NCBI GenBank assembly: GCA_022450395.1
Contig: JAKUQE010000012.1
Span: 2,810-66,809, forward strand
Direction: 5' to 3'
DNA from: Dehalococcoidia bacterium
Lineage (GTDB): Bacteria; Chloroflexota; Dehalococcoidia; Lucifugimonadales; UBA3495
DNA length: 64,000 nt
The translations under genes and the position numbers were made by a program. Position 1 is the stretch's first letter. Each line of letters begins with the position of its first letter. Positions 9,715 to 18,423 of the stretch are shown here, in pieces. The notes under the pieces were generated by a model. The model ran no database searches, was not told the origin of the DNA, and saw only the letters and a program-made list of their open reading frames with translations.

Positions 9715-10580
9715 AGAGAAACGGGCCCAGGGATGGACCCGCTTTGGTCATCCAGGCCGCCCTGAAGAAACAGGGTCAACAGGGCGTTGAACTCGTCGGC
9801 TTTCTCCATGTGGGGCCAATGCCCGCACTGAGGAAAGGTGCGTACCAAGCATTGGGGGATCGCCTCTTTTATCCTACCGGCGTGGCTTACCGGGATGATA
9901 ATGTCCTCTTCTCCCCAAAGGCACATCAGAGGAGAAGACACTTGAGGCAATCGATCAAGAACCCGCCATCGCCGGCGAAGCCCCAGGAGGTTAATGCTGG
10001 AGCGGATCGAGCGGAGGGTGGATCTGGTGGAGCCGGGCAAAAACTGGACACGGGCCATTTCGGTCAGCACCTCGTCGGGTATCGAAGACGGCTCATGAAA
10101 AACTCGCTTGTTCATACCCATCAGGCTGTATATCCAGCGCTGGAAGAGGAACTCCCCTAAACCGGGCACAGACATCAAACGTAACACCCAAGAAACCTGG
10201 CGGCCGATTCCTCCGGGAGCGACCAGCGCCAAGCGGCCGGTTTTCTCCGGATTCTCAAGAGCGAACAGCGCGGCCACCAGTCCCCCGGCTGAGTTACCCA
10301 CCAACGAAGCCCTCTCTACCCCCAAGGCGCGGAGAAACTGTCCGGTGAATTCGACGGCGTTGCGGGGGCCATAGTCCAGAGCATCTGGCTTTTCCGAGTC
10401 ACCGTGGCCGGGCAGGTCTGGGGCCAGAACCGTGAACCCCGCGTTGGCTAGGGGCTCAATATTTCGCCGCCAGGTGTCCAAGGACGAACCCAATCCGTGC
10501 AACAGCAACACCACCGGCCCTTGCCCGGCCTCCACGTAGTGGATATTGACCCCGTTAAGGGCGATTGTCTTGTGCTCCAA
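9711..10580 (-). CDS. alpha/beta hydrolase
   Basis: HGLGSS oxyanion region, nucleophile elbow GNSAGG, C-terminal CGHWPH. Confidence 0.85.
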   Translation of the reverse strand: MEHKTIALNGVNIHYVEAGQGPVVLLLHGLGSSLDTWRRNIEPLANAGFTVLAPDLPGHGDSEKPDALDYGPRNAVEFTGQFLRALGVERASLVGNSAGGLVAALFALENPEKTGRLALVAPGGIGRQVSWVLRLMSVPGLGEFLFQRWIYSLMGMNKRVFHEPSSIPDEVLTEMARVQFLPGSTRSTLRSIRSSINLLGLRRRWRVLDRLPQVSSPLMCLWGEEDIIIPVSHAGRIKEAIPQCLVRTFPQCGHWPHMEKADEFNALLTLFLQGGLDDQSGSIPGPVSL

Positions 10581-10929
10581 AGAGTTCCTCGGCCGGCGTA
10601 TGGCCTCACGAATTACTCTATATCGCCGAATATCTTCGACATTCCCTACTCACGATCGATTTTCTGGCCCGAACCCGGTTCTTGGACCCAGTTGCCTAGA
10701 TCCCCCTTCCACCGAAGGGCCGGGATGACGGACCGGTAATCCAGACATATAAGAGAAACTAGGCTAGAAACAGCCGCCGCAGGTCAGGGTGCAATTCCCC
10801 GACCGCGGCGCCCACACCCGTTCGTGGTGAGCCTGTCGAACCACCGCGTCTCGACCCTTCCACAGGGTCAGGGCGGACGCAAGGCGCGCCGGCAGCTATT
10901 TGGATATTAGCGCGGCCCGGAGCCGCTCC

Positions 10930-13380
<2,451 letters not shown>

Positions 13381-13391
13381 GGGATTGTCTC

Positions 13392-13751
13392 CTAGACTAC
13401 CTGATTGGGTCCGCGCCGACGGTTGGATGGGCCGTTTCGGTCCCGCAGGCGGGTGACTTCATTGGTTAGGGTTTGAACGTCGGATTCCAATTGTTCGATG
13501 CGGTTCATCAACTTTAGGGCAACTTCCGCCCCCGCCAAGTTGACGCCCATGTCCTCGGTGAGGGTTTTGATGCGATGTAGCCGTTCGATGTCGGCCATGG
13601 AGAAAAGTCTCTGCCTGCCTTCCGTTCTTGATGGCGAGATCAGGCTCACTTTCTCGTAGTAACGAAGAGTTTGGGCGTGAACTCCCACCATTCGGGCGGC
13701 TACGCTGATGACGAAACAAGGGTTCTCTCTGAATTGCTGCTCGGTGGCCAT
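13392..13751 (-). CDS. hspR: MerR-family heat-shock repressor (HspR-like)
   Basis: MerR HTH FVISVAARMVGVHAQTLRYYEKVSLISPSR. Immediately downstream of a J-domain gene, the cbpA/dnaJ-hspR arrangement known elsewhere. Confidence 0.8.
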   Translation of the reverse strand: MATEQQFRENPCFVISVAARMVGVHAQTLRYYEKVSLISPSRTEGRQRLFSMADIERLHRIKTLTEDMGVNLAGAEVALKLMNRIEQLESDVQTLTNEVTRLRDRNGPSNRRRGPNQVV

Positions 13752-13753
13752 TT

Positions 13754-14638
13754 TTAACTCCCCTTTCCGGCCCGCAATTCCTTAAAGCGGAGGAACAACT
13801 CTTGCTCCTCGGGGCTTAAGTCTGTGGGCAAGGTAACTTTGATCGTGGCGTACAGGTCTCCTTTGACATCGGGCTCGTTAAGGACCGGCATCCCCTGTCC
13901 TGCCAAGCGGAACCGGCGGCCGTTTTGAGTCTCCGGTGGAATGGTGAGCGCCAAGCGGCCGGTCAAGGTGGTGACGGCCAAGTCGCTGCCCAAGACGGCG
14001 TCTTCCAGCGGGGTCTCCACCTCGGTGTATAGGTCCCTGCCTTGCCGCCGGAATCGCGGGTGATCTTTGATGGACACAACCAGGAAGAACTCTCCTTCCG
14101 AACCACCGTCGGGGGCGAAGTGGATCTTGGAGCCGTTGTCGACGCCCGCCGGGATCTTCACTTCCAAACGGCGTCCGCCTGGCAACCCCACCAGCCGGAC
14201 GGCCCCCTTGTGGGCTTCTTCCAGAGAGATATCGACGGGATATTCGGTGGGCGGCGGTTTTGTTGGCCGTGGAGCAAAATCACGTTGCCCCATATCATTA
14301 AACAGACCTTCGAAGATGCTGCCGCCCATGCCGGAGAAGGAAACCGAGTCGTTGCCGCCCTGACCGGACCAGCGGAACCCGCCCCGGCGCCCCCGTGCCG
14401 CCTCCTCGATGCGTTCGGAGTTGGCCCAGTTGTCGCCGTGTCTATCGTACCGGCGGCGTTTGGCCTCGTCGGACAGAACGCTGTAAGCCTCGTTGATCTG
14501 CTTGAATTTTTCCTCCGACGTTTTCTCGCCACCGTTCACGTCGGGGTGGAATTGCCGGGCCATGCTGCGGTAAGCCTGCCGGATGTCTTTCTGGCTGGCA
14601 TTCCTGGGAACGCCCAATATGTCATAGAAATCGGCCAT
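13754..14638 (-). CDS. DnaJ-class co-chaperone without zinc-finger domain (CbpA-like)
   Basis: J-domain DFYDILGVPRNASQKDIRQAYRSMARQFHPD. No CxxCxGxG repeats. C-terminal substrate-binding domains. Confidence 0.9.
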   Translation of the reverse strand: MADFYDILGVPRNASQKDIRQAYRSMARQFHPDVNGGEKTSEEKFKQINEAYSVLSDEAKRRRYDRHGDNWANSERIEEAARGRRGGFRWSGQGGNDSVSFSGMGGSIFEGLFNDMGQRDFAPRPTKPPPTEYPVDISLEEAHKGAVRLVGLPGGRRLEVKIPAGVDNGSKIHFAPDGGSEGEFFLVVSIKDHPRFRRQGRDLYTEVETPLEDAVLGSDLAVTTLTGRLALTIPPETQNGRRFRLAGQGMPVLNEPDVKGDLYATIKVTLPTDLSPEEQELFLRFKELRAGKGS

Positions 14639-14665
14639 GGGAATGCTCCTGTGTTACTAGACAAC

Positions 14666-14694
14666 AGTATAGCTAAATTGATCGGTTCAGTCAA
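14666..14694 (-). promoter_or_regulatory. sigma70-type promoter TTGACT-N17-TATACT for the dnaJ-like/hspR/clpC operon
   Basis: Minus strand: -35 at 14694-14689 and -10 at 14671-14666. SD AGGAG follows, before the ATG at 14638. Confidence 0.6.
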
Positions 14695-14745
14695 TGTATC
14701 TTCTTTAATACCAGTACTTAAATTAGTTTTAATGTATAAAGATAC

Positions 14746-14774
14746 TTGACAAGAACCACTTAAGTTTATATACT
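14746..14774 (+). promoter_or_regulatory. sigma70-type promoter TTGACA-N17-TATACT for hsp20, with palindrome ACTTAAGT in the spacer
   Basis: -35 at 14746-14751 and -10 at 14769-14774, read directly. Mirror image of the minus-strand promoter. Confidence 0.65.
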
Positions 14775-14854
14775 ACGCTTTGCAAGGTAACGGAGGGTAT
14801 ACAGACCTAGCCGGAGCCGAGATTCACTTAACTTCCTTAGGAGGAATGCAGAAC

Positions 14855-15334
14855 ATGTTACTACAGCGTTGGGACCCATTATTCGACTTCAGGCGAAGGC
14901 ACTACACCACGGATCGTTTCGTGCGCGGATTTCCCCAGGCCGCGAATGGCGGGGGAATCAAGAAGTGGTCCATAGCCTTGGACGCCGTTGAGGAGGACGA
15001 CAAACTGGTCGTTCGCGCCTCTTTGCCCGGAATCGCTCCGGAGGAGATTAAAGTAACCATTGAAGACGGCGTGCTCACCATTGACGGTGAGACCAAGGTC
15101 GATGAGGAAGGAAAGGTAGGTAACTACCTGATCCGGGAGCGCCGCACCGGCTCGTTCCACCGCGCCATGCGTCTACCCGACACGGTGGACGTCGATCAGG
15201 CGGAGACGAACTACGATGAGGGCATCCTGACCGTCGCCTTTCCCAAGGTTGAGTCCAAGCGAGCCAGACAGCTCACCGTTACCAGCGGGAAGGCCGTAAC
15301 CTCCGGCCAGGAGCCGAAGAGCGACAAGAAGTAA
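14855..15334 (+). CDS. Hsp20/alpha-crystallin small heat-shock protein
   Basis: ACD-like core (LVVRASLPGIAPEEIKVTIEDGVLTIDGE...FHRAMRLP). SD AGGAGG at 14839-14844. ATG 14855 has better spacing than 14846. The track start 14780 would lie at the predicted TSS. Confidence 0.9.
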   Translation: MLLQRWDPLFDFRRRHYTTDRFVRGFPQAANGGGIKKWSIALDAVEEDDKLVVRASLPGIAPEEIKVTIEDGVLTIDGETKVDEEGKVGNYLIRERRTGSFHRAMRLPDTVDVDQAETNYDEGILTVAFPKVESKRARQLTVTSGKAVTSGQEPKSDKK

Positions 15335-15357
15335 TCCCCGCTCTTCCCCCTCCGGCG

Positions 15358-15402
15358 ATGGGGGAGCGCTCCGCACGTTGGGGCGTTCCCCCATTGTTTT
15401 TT
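15358..15402 (+). terminator. rho-independent terminator after hsp20 (ATGGGGGA...TCCCCCAT + T6)
   Basis: 8-bp outer stem 15358-15365 / 15387-15394, then TTGTTTTTT. Confidence 0.6.
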
Positions 15403-15438
15403 CGAAGGGGGAATCACTTAAATTCAGGAGGCAATCCA

Positions 15439-15657
15439 ATGGTAACTCTAGACGTTAGACCCAAAGACGAAGCAGAAATAAATTCAGAAGCAACCGAACC
15501 GGTGGACATTGCCATGGAAGAACCAAACGTGACGAATAAAGGTGGTGGCGAGAATTCCACCTGGTTTTATTCGATGCCGTTTCCAGGCGTGCGCTACTAC
15601 TCTTTCGGCCGGCCGGATCCAGTCAAAACTCCGGACAAGGCAGCCGCGGGGCACTGA
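15439..15657 (+). CDS. small hypothetical protein (72 aa)
   Basis: Consensus SD AGGAGG 7 nt upstream of ATG 15439. No family recognised. The longer track ORF (15358) starts inside the terminator. Confidence 0.45.
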   Translation: MVTLDVRPKDEAEINSEATEPVDIAMEEPNVTNKGGGENSTWFYSMPFPGVRYYSFGRPDPVKTPDKAAAGH

Positions 15658-15665
15658 TCTAAGAT

Positions 15666-15693
15666 GGGTTTGCGCTAAGAGTCGCGCAAACCC
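15666..15693. terminator. 10-bp hairpin GGGTTTGCGC-taagagtc-GCGCAAACCC
   Basis: Perfect inverted repeat 9 nt after the stop of the small ORF. Confidence 0.5.
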
Positions 15694-15740
15694 TTAATGA
15701 CACTGGGGCCGCCGGCTGACTGCTTGAGGGAAAGAATACT

Positions 15741-15805
15741 TGGGTGGCCGGACCACCCAAAAAAAATAGGAGGGGAGTGTTAACACTCCCCTCCCTTCGT
15801 TTTCC
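15741..15805. terminator. bidirectional terminator: hairpin TGGGTGG/CCACCCA, A8 run, 26-nt perfect palindrome GGAGGGGAGTGTTAACACTCCCCTCC, T-rich tail
   Basis: Palindrome at 15769-15794, flanked by A8 (15759-15766) and cttcgttttcc. On the minus strand it reads hairpin + TATTTTTTTT. Confidence 0.6.
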
Positions 15806-16137
15806 TGGGGAACTCCGAAAGAGATAAATAAACCGCGGAGTCCCCCGTGAGGGAGGCACCCTGGGGGTCGGGCGCCTACGCTTGGGGAGGCGGGGATACA
15901 TACTAAGATGCCAGCCGGAGCGAGTCCGCTGTTCCACTCCTCCGTCAAACTATACGGTTCCCAAAAGCATATGGATTTACCTACAGGGACCTAAATCGAT
16001 GAGTTTTGTCCCTATCTGCCCATGAAGTCGCGGCCCAGTTCCGGTCATGGAGGACCGATACGCGGTTGAGTGTTGATCCAGTAGGTGCTAAAATTCTATC
16101 AGCCACCTTAGGGTGCGCTTTGTACCTGGCCTCACGT

Positions 16138-16212
16138 TCCCGAGTAGCTCAGCGGTAGAGCGGGCGGCTGTTAACCGCTAGGTCCGAGGTTCGAATCCTC
16201 GCTCGGGAGCCA
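16138..16212 (+). tRNA. tRNA-Asn (anticodon GTT), CCA encoded
   Basis: Cloverleaf folded by hand: acceptor TCCCGAG/CTCGGGA, anticodon loop CTGTTAA, T-arm CGAGG-TTCGAAT-CCTCG. Confidence 0.95.
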
Positions 16213-16214
16213 AA
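16168..16214 (+). repeat. 47-nt direct repeat, copy 1 (3' half of tRNA-Asn from the anticodon loop); att-like
   Basis: 46/47 identical to 17734-17780. Confidence 0.9.
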
Positions 16215-16215
16215 A

Positions 16216-16470
16216 AACTCGTAAAATGATTTCCATCAACCGAAGGATAATCCCAAAGTCGATACTGTCTCCGAACAGGGTTCACGATGACACGGGTGTA
16301 TACGTTTTGGACATCCGCGGAAGTGAGCAAGGCACCGAACCGCCGGATTGGAACGTTAAAGTTGAGGGCGTGTCGGATGTGGTGCGGCCGGGGCCCGGGT
16401 ATACGCTTCAGTAATCCAGCAGCGACGACTACCCGGACTTGACGACAGCGGAGGTCGAGATTCAGGGCAG
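16216..16470 (-). pseudogene. tyrosine recombinase (integrase) C-terminal relic
   Basis: The ORF 16178-16525 translation ..RVVVAAGLLKRIPGPRPHHIRHALNFNVPIRRFGALLTSADVQNVYTRV.. resembles the integrase catalytic end (HxLRH...LLGH....YTHV), with H replaced. The N-terminal two thirds are missing. Confidence 0.5.
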
Positions 16471-16486
16471 GGCTGTTAGCCACCGG

Positions 16487-16515
16487 CCGAGAAGCCGGGT
16501 GATTTAGGGACAGCG
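16487..16515 (+). repeat. 29-nt direct repeat copy A (CCGAGAAGCCGGGTGATTTAGGGACAGCG) containing a hairpin
   Basis: 28/29 identical to 16558-16586, with a 42-nt spacer. Confidence 0.8.
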
Positions 16516-16557
16516 TCGAAACCAATCAGGTCGAAGTCCCGGGTGGTCAGGCATCAC

Positions 16558-16586
16558 CCGAGAAGCCGGGTGATTTAGGGATAGCG
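16558..16586 (+). repeat. 29-nt direct repeat copy B, with perfect hairpin CACCCG-agaagc-CGGGTG
   Basis: See copy A. Confidence 0.8.
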
Positions 16587-16603
16587 AGAAAGATGGACGG
16601 GGC

Positions 16604-16631
16604 TTGCCTTTCGGGTACAGGCGACTACAAT
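16604..16631 (+). promoter_or_regulatory. candidate promoter TTGCCT-N16-TACAAT for the 3-ORF cassette
   Basis: Hexamers read directly. SD TAGGAGGAG follows, before ATG 16659. Confidence 0.5.
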
Positions 16632-16658
16632 GACCGGGTTATCTAGGAGGAGCTGGCA

Positions 16659-16997
16659 ATGGCAGACGACGACCCAACAGTAACACAGCCAATTCAGAGA
16701 GGGGCTCTTATTAACGCTCGTGGTAGATGGACCGGCGGAGCAGAACTTCCCCTATTGTTCGCCAACCAACTATGGGCCGCAAACTTCGGCCCGCACTTTG
16801 AATTAACTTTCGGGCATAATGAATTGCCATACGAATTAATTACCCCTGAGTTGGTAACAAAACTGGAAGAAGAAGGGGTAGAAATCAAGGCGATTTCAAG
16901 GGTTGCAGTTGGTCCAGATGAACTTGAGGCCATGATCCAGATACTTGCCGGCGTCCTGCAACAGTGGAAGGATAGGAGACCGAACGATGCCAGATGA
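16659..16997 (+). CDS. hypothetical protein (112 aa), cassette ORF1
   Basis: Strong SD. ..LLFANQLWAANFGPHFELTFGH.. is reminiscent of DUF3467-type proteins (from memory, weak). Confidence 0.6.
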   Translation: MADDDPTVTQPIQRGALINARGRWTGGAELPLLFANQLWAANFGPHFELTFGHNELPYELITPELVTKLEEEGVEIKAISRVAVGPDELEAMIQILAGVLQQWKDRRPNDAR

Positions 16998-17481
16998 ACA
17001 ATTCGCGATTATGTCAGGCTCCACAGATCGACTTCCCAGACCTTATTGGCTCCCGGACGCAGGTCATTGGAACCTAGGCGACGTTGGCGATCGAGAGTTT
17101 CAATACAATGTGCTCGAACGTGGGGGCGTCGTGATTCTGGGTGGCGAAATATCTGGCACAGTAATAGCAGGCAGCGGCGAGATAAATATTCGCTATGCTC
17201 CTGTACCTCGTTACGCTTTGCAGAACGAAGTCGAAGCACTCTACGAGAGAATAGCAGCGCTTGAAGCGCAGGCGATCGCCGAACCAGAGCCTCTACGGGA
17301 GATCCCGAAAGACCAAGCGCGGGAAGAAATAAGAGCACTGTTTAGCGAAGGTGGGATTATATATATGTCCGATGTCGCTGATCGCTTAAACTTACCCGAT
17401 GAGCTGGTCGTAGAGATTTGTTTAGAGTTAGAAGGCGCAGGGGAGTTGAATCGTCGTGACAACGCAGTGGACGCTCGGTGA
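16987..17481 (+). CDS. hypothetical protein (164 aa), cassette ORF2; coiled-coil plus possible C-terminal winged helix
   Basis: SD AGGAGA before ATG 16987, overlapping the ORF1 stop by 11 nt. C-terminus IYMSDVADRLNLPDELVVEICLELEGAGEL looks wHTH-like. Confidence 0.6.
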   Translation: MPDEQFAIMSGSTDRLPRPYWLPDAGHWNLGDVGDREFQYNVLERGGVVILGGEISGTVIAGSGEINIRYAPVPRYALQNEVEALYERIAALEAQAIAEPEPLREIPKDQAREEIRALFSEGGIIYMSDVADRLNLPDELVVEICLELEGAGELNRRDNAVDAR

Positions 17482-17656
17482 CGGCATTAAGGGAAATCGG
17501 ATTATTGTTGTAGCTGAGAGTATCCGAAAAGATCCGGGGAAAAGGATCAAACTCACATCGGCGCATACTGGGGAGAGGGCTAGGGCACGCGGTGAGGCCT
17601 ACGCCTATATCGACAAAGCTTTCGAATCCGTGCCTCGCTCCGCGCGGCCTAGATAG
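17456..17656 (+). CDS. hypothetical protein (66 aa), cassette ORF3
   Basis: GTG start overlapping ORF2 by 26 nt. Basic protein. Weak support. Confidence 0.35.
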   Translation: MTTQWTLGDGIKGNRIIVVAESIRKDPGKRIKLTSAHTGERARARGEAYAYIDKAFESVPRSARPR

Positions 17657-17688
17657 CAACATTTATTAACTGATCGGGGTCGAAAACA

Positions 17689-17722
17689 GGAGGGCGCCAG
17701 GCCGTGCCTCCGTTCGGTTTTT
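17689..17722 (+). terminator. hairpin GGAGG...CCTCC followed by gttcggttttt
   Basis: Lies between cassette ORF3 and the right-hand tRNA repeat. Confidence 0.5.
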
Positions 17723-17733
17723 GACGCGGACAA

Positions 17734-17780
17734 CTGTTAACTGCTAGGTCCGAGGTTCGAATCCTCGCTCGGGAGCCAAA
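17734..17780 (+). repeat. 47-nt direct repeat, copy 2 (displaced 3' half of tRNA-Asn); att-like
   Basis: ctgttaactgctaggtccgaggttcgaatcctcgctcgggagccaaa. One mismatch to the intact tRNA. No 5' half present. Confidence 0.9.
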
Positions 17781-18052
17781 CCACCCAACCAATATCTCAT
17801 TAAATCCCGTGATGTTTTTCCTGGTTCTCTTAGCTTCGTACACCTTAGACTAGATACATCTCCAATTCATGTTCAGACCGCTGATGCTTCGCGCCTGACC
17901 AAATCGTTGTCCAAAGCGAATCCGGCGCTGAAGGAACATGGCCAGGCGGGTGAAGTCTGAACCGAATTGTAGATCACCACGTCGCCGCGATGCAGTCGTA
18001 AGAGCAGTCCATCGCGGTGCTCAATCTATGCTTGGGAGTAAACGGGAAAGAA

Positions 18053-18234
18053 TGGACTACAAGTTATTCGACGATCGCACTAAGGAATTTCTTGGCTGGC
18101 TGCGGAACCAAGGATTCCCGGCGGCAGGTAATATCATTTCCTGGAAAGGAAGAAATCGGAAGTTGACGGACGCGGAAGTACAGAAGACAACCCAAACTCT
18201 CAGTGCCGCGATCGTCTTCGCTCGGGAGATTTAG
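18053..18234 (+). CDS. hypothetical small protein (60 aa)
   Basis: ATG 18053 within track ORF 17938-18234. Low-GC region. Weak SD. Confidence 0.3.
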
Positions 18235-18423
18235 GGTCAATATAACGGCGGCGAACACGCCTTAATGGCTGGTATAGTCCAGGCACAAATATCGTAGAGC
18301 GTTCGATAGACAGTCGCGGGAATCATCTTTATTTCTCTAAAATTACCCTTGATGCCCAGACCCTTGCCATTCCCGCGCCCACTAGATAGACTCGGCTCAT
18401 AACAATTTAGGAGCCTTTATCGA

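Larger units (their letters stand above)
16215..17733. mobile_element. degraded tRNA-Asn-integrated element (about 1.5 kb) with integrase relic and 3-ORF cassette
   Basis: Bounded by 47-nt direct repeats of the tRNA 3' half. GC visibly lower than the flanks. Tyrosine-recombinase-like relic next to the tRNA. Confidence 0.65.

Noticed and set aside
14745-14764. Canonical HAIR operator (CTTGAGT-N7-ACTCAAG) for HspR
   Set aside because: Only an approximate match exists (CTTGACA-N6-ACTTAAG, with spacing off by one). It is reported as a variant candidate, not as a HAIR site.
14780-14854. Track start of hsp20 at 14780, and track start of arsR at 30235
   Set aside because: 14780 coincides with the predicted transcription start just after the -10 box, and an SD precedes the internal ATGs. 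30235 is the TTG of the -35 hexamer.
15659-15948. Track ORFs 15659-15937(-) and 15694-15948(-)
   Set aside because: Both read through the 26-nt palindrome and the A8/T8 terminator. They have no SD and low-complexity Pro/Gly/Arg content.
15795-16137. tmRNA, RNase P RNA, SRP RNA or tRNA-Sec in the gap before tRNA-Asn
   Set aside because: I found none of the expected signatures on either strand: a tRNA-like T-arm (GGTTCGA), GAGGAAAGTCC-type RNase P strings, an SRP GGAA tetraloop context, or a UCA anticodon arm.
16487-16586. Possible mini-CRISPR array (29-nt repeats with a 42-nt spacer)
   Set aside because: There are only two copies, no cas genes in the window, and the repeats sit inside a degraded integrative element. 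Recombinase or regulatory sites, or a scar, are more likely.
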